Virus record (IMG/VR): IMGVR_UViG_3300025875_000061
Coordinates: 1 to 40,391 of that record
Origin: a virus
Taxonomy: Duplodnaviria; Caudoviricetes
DNA length: 40,391 nucleotides
Reading direction: 5' to 3' (one strand)
In this document: piece by piece, positions 1 through 8,955 of the stretch
Numbering within the stretch: position 1 is the stretch's first letter
How the letters are laid out: each line of letters opens with the position of its first letter
The notes under the pieces: generated by a model
Databases searched by the model: none
Seen by the model: only the letters and a program-made list of their open reading frames with translations
What the model was told of the DNA's origin: nothing
Position numbers and translations under genes: made by a program

Positions 1-330
1 TTCCCGCCGGATCATGGTCACCGTCTTCGCGGCGACGTCCCGGCGGAGCACGAGCCGGTCCCGGCGGGCCAAGGTGGCGTTGCCGTTCGGGGTCACCGCG
101 AAGAGCTTCGGGTCGCCGGTCAGCTTGTAGCCCGCACCGCGGACCCATGCGCGACCGGGCCCGACGGTGACGTTGAGGCCGTTGACCGCCAGCGCCAGCC
201 CGCCGGCCGTCGTCGCGGACAGCGGGCCGCCGATGACGCCGGACGTTGCCCAGCTGGGCGCGAAGTCGTACCACTGGTCCTGCGTCCACTCGATGCCATC
301 GAACGGGCCGAAGCTCTCATTGGTCGCCAC
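1..330 (-). CDS. Minor tail protein, N-terminal part (runs off the left end; continues at 40389..39868)
   Basis: Not in the ORF track. GTG at 330 with GAGGA RBS, open to position 1: MATNESFGPFDGIEWTQDQW...VTVGPGRAWVRG...RRDRLVLRRDVAAKTVTMIRRE; directly follows the Gp37-like tail gene. Confidence 0.8.
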   Translation of the reverse strand, partial: MATNESFGPFDGIEWTQDQWYDFAPSWATSGVIGGPLSATTAGGLALAVNGLNVTVGPGRAWVRGAGYKLTGDPKLFAVTPNGNATLARRDRLVLRRDVAAKTVTMIRRE

Positions 331-334
331 GGCG

Positions 335-1498
335 TCACGTCCTCGTCTCTAGGCCGCCCAGCCTCTTGCCGATGCGGGCCAGTTGCTGCTGGGTGGGGGT
401 GGGCACGATCGCCTTGGCGTCGAACGATCCGATGGCGGGTCGGATCGTCTCCGCGCCGTCCGCGTCGACCTCGAACTGCACCTCGCGGATCACGTCCACG
501 ACGGTGGCGGGCTTGGGCTGGCCCTCGACGCCGACGTAGACGGTCACCCGGTCACCGACATCCCAGTCCGTGCCGTAGGTGGCCGCGTCGGAGTCGAGGA
601 GCGTCACCGCCAGGGAGACGGTCGCCCCACCCTCGGAGAGGGCGTCCTGCGCGGCTTGGAGCAGCTCCGCGGGGTCGTCGGTGTCCCGACGGTCCACGTA
701 GGCCCAGACCTGCCGGCCCCACTGCGTCGCCAGTGGGTCGGTGGTGGTGGCGAACGCCCTCATGCGGGCGTTCAGGTCCCCCTGGCCAGCGGTGACGACG
801 TGGGTCGCGGTGGCTGCGGTCTCCCGGTACTCGATGGCGCCGAGGTTCGACAGGTCCGCGGAGAACCGGATCAGCGAGGCCAGGTCGCGGGGCCGGACGA
901 TGTCCACGGTCAACGCGCCGGGGGATGGTCGGACCCGCACGCCGAGGTTCACGCCGGACAGGACTGAGATCCCCGCCAGGTTGCTCAGGACCGGCTCGAA
1001 CAGGCCGGACCACTTGCGGGACAGGCCCACGCCCGGGTCGGCGCCCATGGTCAGCCCAGGCACACGTCGATCAGCCCGCGCCGAAGGTCCGGCCTGGTCC
1101 GAGATCAGCTGCCGCATCGCCGTGGACGCAACGCCGGTGTAGGTCCAGTAGTTGTTGACCGTCTGATCGTTCGGAGCCCGCAGCGGATCAGGGAAAGTGA
1201 TCCGGTCCGCGAGGTGCACCGCGTCCCCGAAGCAGACCACCTTGATGGACAGGAGTCCCTCGTCGTCGCGGGTGAAGCTGCGCTCGCGCACCGACCCGGA
1301 GAACTCCCGGCGGCCATTGCGCCACAGCTCGATCCCGCGTGACGGCCCGAGCTTCTCGAACGCCTCGGTCGTGTAGGCGGTGACCACTGTCGCGGTGTCC
1401 ACGCCCAGGTGGACGCGGAGCACTGTGGCTTTCGCCAACGGTAGGCCGCCGTTGAGTCCGTAGTCGGCGGTCCGGGCGAACAGTGCCCAGTCGGCCAC
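335..1498 (-). CDS. Minor tail/baseplate hub protein (ReqiPepy6 Gp37-like)
   Basis: Follows the Dit gene; motifs VVTAGQG, YVDRRD, YGTDWDVGDRVTV. GTG 1498 preferred to ATG 1525, which overlaps the upstream gene. Confidence 0.8.
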   Translation of the reverse strand: MADWALFARTADYGLNGGLPLAKATVLRVHLGVDTATVVTAYTTEAFEKLGPSRGIELWRNGRREFSGSVRERSFTRDDEGLLSIKVVCFGDAVHLADRITFPDPLRAPNDQTVNNYWTYTGVASTAMRQLISDQAGPSARADRRVPGLTMGADPGVGLSRKWSGLFEPVLSNLAGISVLSGVNLGVRVRPSPGALTVDIVRPRDLASLIRFSADLSNLGAIEYRETAATATHVVTAGQGDLNARMRAFATTTDPLATQWGRQVWAYVDRRDTDDPAELLQAAQDALSEGGATVSLAVTLLDSDAATYGTDWDVGDRVTVYVGVEGQPKPATVVDVIREVQFEVDADGAETIRPAIGSFDAKAIVPTPTQQQLARIGKRLGGLETRT

Positions 1499-1499
1499 G

Positions 1500-2366
1500 T
1501 CAGATGCCTGCGTACCGAGGCTCATAGACCCCGGCGACTCGAGAGTTCGCGGTCGCGCCCGCGAGTAGCGCTGTCACGTTGTTCACGCCCTCGACCAGCG
1601 GCCACAGAGCCGGGTCGGAGGTGAGCGTGTTCATTAGGTTCGAGCCGTCACCGCGGCGAACCGACTGCCGCCCGGGCCGAGTGTCGATGATCATCGTCTC
1701 CCCCGCCGCCAGGGCCGCGTTGACCACGATCTGCCGGCCAGTCGTGTTGTTGGTCAACGTCAGCGCCGTGCCGGGGCCCATCACCGTCCACAGCGGGAAC
1801 GACGGGGCATCGGTGTCACCTAGGTCCACGACGAACTGTCCTTGGATCGCCGACGGGGCCAGGCGCAGCGGGAAGAACGGGAAGAACGACTGTGGGGCGC
1901 CGAGACCGAACTCCAGCGTCACCGCTGGCCCGCGGAACCACGGGTCGAACGCCACGAACTGCGCGACCGGTCGCCAGGACAGGCCATCGAAGTAGGCGAC
2001 CGCGTCACCTTCCAGCCCGCCCATGTAGCGGCAGGAGATGGAGCGCCGCGCACCCGCCTCGTCGGCGAACGACAGCACTCCATCCCCGGCTTTGGGGCGC
2101 ATGGAGCGGATCAGTGCCCGCTTCCGGTCCCGGAACTCGGACTCGGTGTCGCCCTCGATGGACAGCCCGAGGCTGAACTGCCGGACGTCGGCCTCGATGG
2201 TCTGCAGCTCGGCGCCGGGCACGCCGGCGTACACCTGCGCGGCGGTGCGGTAGGTGACCGAGTCCAGGCCCTTGGTGCCGTCCGCCAGCACCCGGTAGCC
2301 GCGTCCGCGGTCGGTGAGCACGATCGGGTCGCCGACAGGGGGGGTCCACGTGATCTGGCGGGCCAC
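1500..2366 (-). CDS. Distal tail protein (Dit-like siphovirus tail component)
   Basis: 288 aa immediately after the tape measure gene; AFDPWF, PLWTVMGP, LWPLVEGVN motifs. Confidence 0.8.
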   Translation of the reverse strand: MARQITWTPPVGDPIVLTDRGRGYRVLADGTKGLDSVTYRTAAQVYAGVPGAELQTIEADVRQFSLGLSIEGDTESEFRDRKRALIRSMRPKAGDGVLSFADEAGARRSISCRYMGGLEGDAVAYFDGLSWRPVAQFVAFDPWFRGPAVTLEFGLGAPQSFFPFFPLRLAPSAIQGQFVVDLGDTDAPSFPLWTVMGPGTALTLTNNTTGRQIVVNAALAAGETMIIDTRPGRQSVRRGDGSNLMNTLTSDPALWPLVEGVNNVTALLAGATANSRVAGVYEPRYAGI

Positions 2367-2369
2367 GTG

Positions 2370-5054
2370 TTAGTACCCCCTGGCTAGTTCAGCGTCCCGC
2401 TGGCGCTGGGCAGTGGCGGTGATGGTGTTCGACGCCTCGATCCGAGCATCTACGAGCCGAACCCAGCCGTCCTTATCGAGAGCGAGCCGGCCCGTGATGG
2501 TTCCGGCGATCTGCATCAGACCGCCCGCAGTCGCTGGAACGGGCGGAGCCGGACGGGGCATCGGCAGGGGTGCGGGCGCGATCGTCGGCCGCGCGACGGG
2601 GGCGTAGAGCGCCTCCATCTTGTCGTTCGGGTTTCCCTTCCACCCGAGCGAGAGCAGGCGGTCCCACTCGCCCTGCGAGACGGTGCCGTAGCGAACAACC
2701 CCACCATCGGCCATGCCGCGCACAAGTTCGTAGCCCATGCGGTTGGCCGCGATGGCGAGGATCTCTTGCGAGCGACGATCCCCGTTGAGTGGGATGTACG
2801 CCTCGTCGTCCTTGGCGCGGTCACCGATGACCCGCCACGTGTTCGGGCCGACGACCTGGGCAACCCCACCCTGCATCGGGGACAGCTCCACCCCGCCAGC
2901 GGCGTACTGGTGGACGATGCCGCCGTTCGCCTCGACGAGCCCCCGGCCGGTGGCCTGCTGCCCGGACCGCACGACGGTGTTGGTGTAGATCGTGGCGGTG
3001 CGGGACCGGGCGACATTGTTCAGCGCGGCCTCGGCGTCGGCGGTATCCGCGGTGACGTAGACCGACCCGTCGGGCAGGTTCACGACCTTGTAACCGAGGT
3101 CTTCGATCCGACGCCGCTGGTCCTCGGTCGGCGCGTCGATCTTCACGCCCTTGAAGCCGGGAACCTCGGTGACCGAGTGGCCAAGGTCGCGCATCCGGTC
3201 ACGGGTCGCGCCAGCTGCAACGGACGTCTCCCCGAGCGACACCCCGGACGCCTCGAGCATGGAAATCTGCTGCGACAAGGCGCCCGCCATCTCCGGGCCG
3301 GCGGCGTCGCGGAGCCGGTACAGCTCCTGCAGCGTGGACGTCTGCAGCAGTCGGGTGTACTCCGTCGTGCCGGCTTCGAGGCCAGACAGGTCGGCCTGCT
3401 GCCTGCCGAACGCCTGAGCAGTTGCATACGCCTGCTCTGAGAGACCCAGCTGAGCGCGAGACACGTCCTCCGACGAGGTCCGGGTTTCCTCGTTGGTGTC
3501 GTTTACGTGCGCCTGCGCCTCAGCCAACGCCGACTGAGCGTCCTCCAGCTGATTCAGCGAGTTCTGGTAGGCGAACCCCGAGTCGATCGCCGCCAGCGCC
3601 TGGTTGGCCTGCTCGACCATCGCGGAGGTGACGCCTCGCTGCGCCATCTCCAGCTCGGAAGCGGCCCTCTCTTGACGTTCCTGCGCCGTCGTCAGTGCGT
3701 TAGAAGCCCACTCCGCCTGCGGGGAGGCTGCACCGTACTCACTGACGGCCAGCGCGAGATCGTTCTGCGCTTTGGTGACGTCCTGCGCGGCCTGCTGGCC
3801 CTCTGTCATGGAGTCGTAGAGATCGCGGGAGGCTTGAGCCGCTTCTTCGGAATCGGTGGTGAACAGATCCATCGCTTCACCGAGACCGTAAAACGATCGA
3901 GAGACGCCCTCGACTACGCCGCCTTCCATCGCGGCGTTCTGAAGTGCAGTCTTAGCGGCCGAACCTCCGTCAAGGATGGCTTGGGACCATTCGTTGATGT
4001 TCTGCTGGTTTCGGGCATATGCGGCGCCCAGCACGGCCAGACCCGCACCCACCACAGGCAGGGCGGAGCTGAACGTCTTGGTCGCGCCAGCGGCGGACCC
4101 CATGACGCCGCCGAAGCGGCCACCGCGGGTTGCGACGTCGTCCATCCGGCCCGCCAGCGAGCCGACGCCGGTAGCGACGCTGTTGGCGATACGGAGCCCG
4201 ATGAAGCCTGCGGCAATTATCGGCAGCAGGGGGCCCAGATCCTCGGCGACATCAGCCACCGCCCCCAGGCCCGTCACCAGTGGCGGGAGAACGATCGAGG
4301 CGAGCTCCGCACCCCCGCCGAGCAGCTCGCCCACCGTGGGGAGCAACTCCGCGACGGCACCACCGATGGCCTCCAGCGCGGCGCCAGCCGCCGGCCCGTG
4401 CTCGCCGAGAGCGCCGAACATCTCGCCGAACCCAGTGCCCAAGTCGGACAGCAGCGACTCCAGCCCGTTCATGACCGGGCCGGAGGACTCGACCGCGGAC
4501 AGCAGTCCGGGCATGGCGTTCTCGGCTAGGGCGATCACGCCGTCGGTGACGCTGTCGATCAGCGGGGCGCTGCCCTCGAACGCGCTACGGAGCTGCGGGC
4601 GCATCCGCTCGAACGCGCCACCGATCCGACCTGCGGCGGCCACCAGGGGCTCCTGGAGCGCCTCGGCGTCGTCGATCGCCGAGTTCTTCACGTCGTCCCA
4701 CAGGCCGACCCACGCCTGCTGAACTTCGGTGGACTGCGCCGCCGCCGCTATACCGATCCCGGCGAACATGGTCGTCGCGGCAGCCGTCAGCACCGGGGCG
4801 CCCGCTGCCAGAGCCGCGGATACGCCCGCGACGATGAGCGGGGAGTTGCGGATCAGCCCGGCGTTGATGCCCTGAGAGAGCTTCCCCCCGGCCTTCTGCC
4901 CCTCGGTCTGCATGACCCGGGAGACCTTGGTCATCTCCTGCTGCGCCGCCGGGGACAGCGTCTGGATCTCCCGCTTGGCCTGGGCCATGCCGGTGCGGAG
5001 CGCGCTGTTCTCCAGCTCCAGCGCGATGGAGAGCTCGCCGAGGGAGAGCGCCAA
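2370..5054 (-). CDS. Tape measure protein
   Basis: 894 aa Ala/Gly-rich helical protein after the tail chaperone; LGEL-type N-terminus; C-terminal GD...EAYIPL segment. Confidence 0.93.
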   Translation of the reverse strand: MALSLGELSIALELENSALRTGMAQAKREIQTLSPAAQQEMTKVSRVMQTEGQKAGGKLSQGINAGLIRNSPLIVAGVSAALAAGAPVLTAAATTMFAGIGIAAAAQSTEVQQAWVGLWDDVKNSAIDDAEALQEPLVAAAGRIGGAFERMRPQLRSAFEGSAPLIDSVTDGVIALAENAMPGLLSAVESSGPVMNGLESLLSDLGTGFGEMFGALGEHGPAAGAALEAIGGAVAELLPTVGELLGGGAELASIVLPPLVTGLGAVADVAEDLGPLLPIIAAGFIGLRIANSVATGVGSLAGRMDDVATRGGRFGGVMGSAAGATKTFSSALPVVGAGLAVLGAAYARNQQNINEWSQAILDGGSAAKTALQNAAMEGGVVEGVSRSFYGLGEAMDLFTTDSEEAAQASRDLYDSMTEGQQAAQDVTKAQNDLALAVSEYGAASPQAEWASNALTTAQERQERAASELEMAQRGVTSAMVEQANQALAAIDSGFAYQNSLNQLEDAQSALAEAQAHVNDTNEETRTSSEDVSRAQLGLSEQAYATAQAFGRQQADLSGLEAGTTEYTRLLQTSTLQELYRLRDAAGPEMAGALSQQISMLEASGVSLGETSVAAGATRDRMRDLGHSVTEVPGFKGVKIDAPTEDQRRRIEDLGYKVVNLPDGSVYVTADTADAEAALNNVARSRTATIYTNTVVRSGQQATGRGLVEANGGIVHQYAAGGVELSPMQGGVAQVVGPNTWRVIGDRAKDDEAYIPLNGDRRSQEILAIAANRMGYELVRGMADGGVVRYGTVSQGEWDRLLSLGWKGNPNDKMEALYAPVARPTIAPAPLPMPRPAPPVPATAGGLMQIAGTITGRLALDKDGWVRLVDARIEASNTITATAQRQRDAELARGY

Positions 5055-5069
5055 GAGAACCCCCTCGGG

Positions 5070-5746
5070 TCAGCGGGACGGCGGGGGAGGAGTAGGCGTC
5101 AGAGCGCGCCGAAGCCGCGTGTCAGCGGAAAGCAGTCCGAGCACGCGGTTGCGGAGCCAGGGCCACGGGCGGGACGTGAGCAGCGCCTCGTCCCAGATGT
5201 CGACGCCGAACTCGGCGTGCAGGTCGGCGTCGACCAGCGACCATCGCTCGAACAGATCGAGCCAGGTCAACCCCCCAGTAGCAGGCGGGCCCCCGTCGTA
5301 CCAGCGGGCTAGGCCGGTGGTGGGGTCGACGGGTCCTCGGGCGATGTACCCGTACTCGTCGGGCTGGTCGCCGTCTCGTCTTTTCCCTGGCCGTCCTCGA
5401 GCGTTGTCCAGTACTTCTCGCTGGCCGCATCGCCGCGGGTCCAGCGGACCCATGCGGTCATGCCCGCGTGCTTGACGATCGGCCACGGCACCTCGGCCTC
5501 CAGCATCTCCTCGAACGCGGGGCCGAGGGTCAGCTGGTAGACGGTGCGTTCCTTCTCGTCGGACAGCAGCACCTGGCTGTTCGCAGCACCGAAGGAGTTG
5601 GTGAGGCTCATGTGCGCGGCGCCGTCCATCAGGGCCTGCAGCCAGAGCCCATCCTTGCCGTTCGGCGCCGGGACGCGGTAGACGCGGCCGAGGATGGGGA
5701 GGTCGAACCCGGGCGACACGAACGCCGCCAGATCATCGAACGGCAT
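5070..5746 (-). CDS. Tail assembly chaperone, long frameshifted form (gpGT, about 225 aa)
   Basis: Slippery G GGA AAA at 5387..5381 joins ORF 5309..5746 to the -1 frame ORF ending at 5070 (WSLVDADLHAEFGVD...RPWPWLRNRVLGLLSADTRL). Confidence 0.85.
5309..5746 (-). CDS. Tail assembly chaperone, short form (gpG)
   Basis: 145 aa between major tail and tape measure genes; TGATG overlap with the major tail gene. Confidence 0.88.
   Translation of the reverse strand: MPFDDLAAFVSPGFDLPILGRVYRVPAPNGKDGLWLQALMDGAAHMSLTNSFGAANSQVLLSDEKERTVYQLTLGPAFEEMLEAEVPWPIVKHAGMTAWVRWTRGDAASEKYWTTLEDGQGKDETATSPTSTGTSPEDPSTPPPA
5381..5387 (-). other. Programmed -1 ribosomal frameshift site GGGAAAA
   Basis: Plus strand ttttccc; read as CAG GGA AAA GAC in frame, with an open -1 frame. 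Confidence 0.85.
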
Positions 5747-6240
5747 CAGGCGGCGTCAGGGTGGGCGATCTGCGCCAGCGCACCCTGGCCCTGCAGGGTC
5801 AGGGCAGCCGTGGAGAGGGCGTCCATGCCGCCACCGTTCTGCGCCCACTGGCAACCGGCGCGACCCGAGTAGGCCTCGATCCGGGGGCCGCCCTCCTCCA
5901 TCTCGTAGCAGCGCACGAACAGGGAGTTGGCGAGCCCCGTCTTACCGATCGACCGGGTCCGGATCATCTCCTGACCGGGGTCGTAGGCGGTGGTCGACGC
6001 GGCGGTCACCGCGCGGCGGGCGGTGCCGGTGAACGCCCACCCGAAGGCCGTCTTCGTCTGCGACTTGGCGCCGCCACCGTCGAAGTCGGAGTCGTCCTGC
6101 CACGTGGCATCGTCCAGGTTCGGGTTGAACTCGGTGAGGCCCATGACGGGCGTCCAGGTGGTGCCGTCGAGGCTGACGTCGAGCCACCACTTGCGGTTCG
6201 TGGTCGACGCGGCGAGCTGGGTGCGGACGGGCAGGGTCAC
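5746..6240 (-). CDS. Major tail (tube) protein
   Basis: 164 aa; DDSDFD...SQTKT and YDPGQE motifs; position before the chaperone. Confidence 0.88.
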   Translation of the reverse strand: MTLPVRTQLAASTTNRKWWLDVSLDGTTWTPVMGLTEFNPNLDDATWQDDSDFDGGGAKSQTKTAFGWAFTGTARRAVTAASTTAYDPGQEMIRTRSIGKTGLANSLFVRCYEMEEGGPRIEAYSGRAGCQWAQNGGGMDALSTAALTLQGQGALAQIAHPDAA

Positions 6241-6249
6241 GGGGTCTCC

Positions 6250-6684
6250 TCAGAGCCGGTGTGCGGTGGGTCGGTGCAGCGGGAACTCGTAGTTGCCTGT
6301 GTGGGAGTGCCGGCCGTTGCCGTCCACACCGAGGTAGGCGATGGACCTGCGCCACGCACCGCGGACGGTGATGCCGCCGATGGTCTGGCGGGGCAGGTTG
6401 TGCAGGACGTCGAACAGGGTGTCCTGCAGGTCTTCGGAGGTACGCAGGTCGCCTCTGGGGCCGCGAGTGCGCAGCTGCACCCGGTACGTGGACTCGGCCT
6501 GCGTGGGGTCGTCGTCCTGCCCGTACTTGGTGGCCACGATCACCGCGTCGGGGCTTCCGGGTACGCCGCCGAACACCCATCCGGTCTCGTTGGCCACGTA
6601 CACACCGGTGGGCCGGTACTTCCCGACACCCCGGGAGTCGAGGAAGACGGCTAGGCCGGTGAGGAAGTCGACGGTGGCGCCCAC
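6250..6684 (-). CDS. Tail terminator (minor-capsid-3-like family)
   Basis: 144 aa; VQLRTRG and YLGVDGNGRH motifs; immediately before the major tail gene. Confidence 0.8.
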   Translation of the reverse strand: MGATVDFLTGLAVFLDSRGVGKYRPTGVYVANETGWVFGGVPGSPDAVIVATKYGQDDDPTQAESTYRVQLRTRGPRGDLRTSEDLQDTLFDVLHNLPRQTIGGITVRGAWRRSIAYLGVDGNGRHSHTGNYEFPLHRPTAHRL

Positions 6685-6687
6685 CGG

Positions 6688-6912
6688 CTACTCGGTGGCG
6701 ACGTTGAGGGAGTCTGGACCGCCGGAGCGGGGGTTGCCGTTGCGGCCCGGCCGGTCGTCGGTCACGTCGAAGCCCGACGCCTCCAGGGTGTCGCGGACCG
6801 GGCCGTCGATGTCCTTTGCGAGGGCGTGCGCGGTGCCGGCGAGGAACCGGATGCCGAACGTCCCGACCTGCACGTAGCCGCTGTAGCCCTTCGCGGGGTG
6901 GGTGATCTTCAC
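6688..6912 (-). CDS. Hypothetical protein (74 aa)
   Basis: GAGGAG RBS then GTG; MKITHPAKGYSG...; fills the gap between head-tail genes. Confidence 0.65.
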   Translation of the reverse strand: MKITHPAKGYSGYVQVGTFGIRFLAGTAHALAKDIDGPVRDTLEASGFDVTDDRPGRNGNPRSGGPDSLNVATE

Positions 6913-6920
6913 GGTGCTCC

Positions 6921-7265
6921 TCAGGTGAGTGCGCGGCGGATGCGGGCGGCAATGAGCGCCGTCATGGCGCCGGCCTCGGCGTGTGCTGGTTCCTCGAGGT
7001 ACTTGGCCTGCCGTCCGGCGTCGTGCTGGAACTCGAGGGCCTCGTGCTGGATGACGGCGTACGGGGTGTCGTAGGAGACGACGGCACGGAGGGCGGGCCG
7101 GTCGGTCTGTGCGCGGCCGGACCGTTCGAGGGTTGCTTCCTCGATGGGGACCACGGCGCGGGATGCGCCGAGCAGGTGTTCGGCGGCGTCGGTGAGCCCG
7201 TCCGCTGCAGCGTCGCGGAGGTGGGCTTCCACTCGTGGGCCGTGCCATTCCAGGCGGGCACTCAC
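6921..7265 (-). CDS. Head-tail/tail completion protein (HK97 gp10-like)
   Basis: VPIEEATLERS, YDTPYAVIQHE, GRQAKYLE motifs. Confidence 0.82.
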   Translation of the reverse strand: MSARLEWHGPRVEAHLRDAAADGLTDAAEHLLGASRAVVPIEEATLERSGRAQTDRPALRAVVSYDTPYAVIQHEALEFQHDAGRQAKYLEEPAHAEAGAMTALIAARIRRALT

Positions 7266-7582
7266 GACAGCGTCACCTCCAGGTGTTCCGGGAGGTCCAG
7301 GCCGGGGGCGGTGTGCCGACTCTGGCCGATGACGGTGGACGTGCGGTGCCCGAGGTCGACCTCAGTGCCGGGCTGCAGCGCGTCGGAGTTGTCGACCGAC
7401 GTGTAGAACGTCGACTCGGACACGGTCTCCTCGCCGGAGGCCGCGCGTACCAGCCGCCGCGTGTCGTCCAGGAACCCGGTCAGGGTCACTGGGGTCCCGT
7501 TGACCGGTCCCCACGCGCCTGTGCCGCTCTCGGGGGTCGCGGTGACGGTGTGTACGAACCAGTCGGCGAGTTCGTCAGCCAC
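7262..7582 (-). CDS. Head-to-tail stopper
   Basis: 106 aa from GTG 7582 (GAGGA RBS); RRLVRAASGEETVS and LDLPEHLEVTL; synteny. Confidence 0.78.
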   Translation of the reverse strand: MADELADWFVHTVTATPESGTGAWGPVNGTPVTLTGFLDDTRRLVRAASGEETVSESTFYTSVDNSDALQPGTEVDLGHRTSTVIGQSRHTAPGLDLPEHLEVTLS

Positions 7583-7715
7583 GGTTCCTCCGACGCCACA
7601 AGAGTCGCCTGAACCACCCGACGTGGTAGCTGACCGGGCCGCTGCACACCATGCAGCGGAAGTCCCAGTAGCCCGGACCAGGGCGAGCCGCGTGACTGAA
7701 GATCTCGTCAGCCAC
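7575..7715 (-). CDS. Small CxxC protein (46 aa)
   Basis: MADEIFSHAARPGPGYWDFRCMVCSG...; 8-nt overlaps with both neighbours. Confidence 0.5.
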   Translation of the reverse strand: MADEIFSHAARPGPGYWDFRCMVCSGPVSYHVGWFRRLLWRRRNRG

Positions 7716-8154
7716 TGACCCACACCCGCCCGCCGAGCAGACCTGCGGAGGCAAGGATCTGCTGCGCTTCCGGTGCCAGGTCGACGGCTGCCTGCTGTCG
7801 GGCGGCGGCATAGGTGACCCGGTCCTGCGATGAGCCGCGGTCGTACTCGATGGTGGCCGTCGCGAGGGTCTTGCGGACCACCTTGTTGGTCTGCGGCTCG
7901 TCGGCGGCGCCCTTGGTCGGGTCGATGCCGAGCGCGGCCCACGCGGCGGCCTGGGCGCAGACCGCGTCCGCCAGCACCTGCGCCACACCCTCGTCGCGGG
8001 GTAGCCCATCGGTGGTGGTCGGGTACACGGCGGTCAGCAGCTCGCGGTCGATCAGCAGCGACGCCGACCGCAGCAGCTGGGCTGCGTCGGCCGGCGGCTC
8101 TGCACCGATCCATTCGGCAAGCTGCTGCGGGGTGGCGTAGACGCGCACGGTCAA
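7708..8154 (-). CDS. Head-to-tail adaptor
   Basis: YATPQQL...LLRSASLLID...DAVCAQA motifs; GGGAGG RBS. Confidence 0.83.
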   Translation of the reverse strand: MTVRVYATPQQLAEWIGAEPPADAAQLLRSASLLIDRELLTAVYPTTTDGLPRDEGVAQVLADAVCAQAAAWAALGIDPTKGAADEPQTNKVVRKTLATATIEYDRGSSQDRVTYAAARQQAAVDLAPEAQQILASAGLLGGRVWVSG

Positions 8155-8336
8155 CCTCCCAGGGGTGTGGTGGCGGGGCGCTGGACGCGTTCATGGCACG
8201 GGCGGAAAGGACCCCCGGTGAACACCCGCGAACGGCCATACGGGCTCGGTACCAGCGCTTGGGGGACCCGAGGAACGCCCCGCCACCAGGTGGAACACGG
8301 GCCGGGCAGCCCTTCCCCGACCGCCCGGCCCGTGGC
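8155..8336 (-). ncRNA. Candidate structured cis-regulatory RNA between capsid and head-tail genes
   Basis: Perfect 12-bp hairpin (8296-8307/8323-8334), then a perfect 13-bp long-range stem (8168-8180/8276-8288) enclosing three short stems. Confidence 0.55.
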
Positions 8337-8882
8337 TCAGGTGTAGCGCTCGCGCAGCTCGTCGCGGGACAGCTCTGACGCCTCGGCCGGGTCCATGCCC
8401 TGCGACTCGGCGTACGCCGCCCACGTGGCCTGCGAGGCGTTCCCCGCCGGCTTCGACGGCGCCACCGCGGGAGCGGCTGCCAGCGCCGCACCCTGCCCGG
8501 CCGTGCGCTCCTCGGCCTGCGGGTCGGCGGCGTCGACCTTGGTGTCGTACGCCCCCTCGGCCATCTGCTGCACGACATCCGGTACGGGCTCGTCACCGGC
8601 CAGCGTGCGGGCGGCCAGCTCGGTCTCGCGGGCCTCCTGTCGGCCGGTGTCGGACACGTCGCCGGGCAGTACCGCCTTCGACTCCAAGGCGTGGATGCCG
8701 GGGGCGACCACGTCCGGGCCGTGCGGATTCGCCTCGCCGGCGTTCGTGGGGGCGAGGAAGTCCCCGGGCTGCGGGTCGACCGCGGCGTCGCGGGTGGCGG
8801 TGCCCACGCGGGTGGACTCGACCTGCCGCGGGTCGGGCACGGTGGCCTCGTCGGTCGGGCTGTCGTCGGAGAGCTTGCGCAT
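8337..8882 (-). CDS. Capsid-associated protein with small C-terminal helical domain
   Basis: 181 aa after the major capsid gene; C-terminal PAGNASQATWAAYA...LSRDELRERY; GGAGG RBS. Confidence 0.7.
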   Translation of the reverse strand: MRKLSDDSPTDEATVPDPRQVESTRVGTATRDAAVDPQPGDFLAPTNAGEANPHGPDVVAPGIHALESKAVLPGDVSDTGRQEARETELAARTLAGDEPVPDVVQQMAEGAYDTKVDAADPQAEERTAGQGAALAAAPAVAPSKPAGNASQATWAAYAESQGMDPAEASELSRDELRERYT

Positions 8883-8955
8883 GACCCCTCCAGGGGCTCA
8901 GTGGTGTGCGAGGGGGTCCGGCCGGGCGACATGGAGCCGCCAGGCCGGGTCATGC

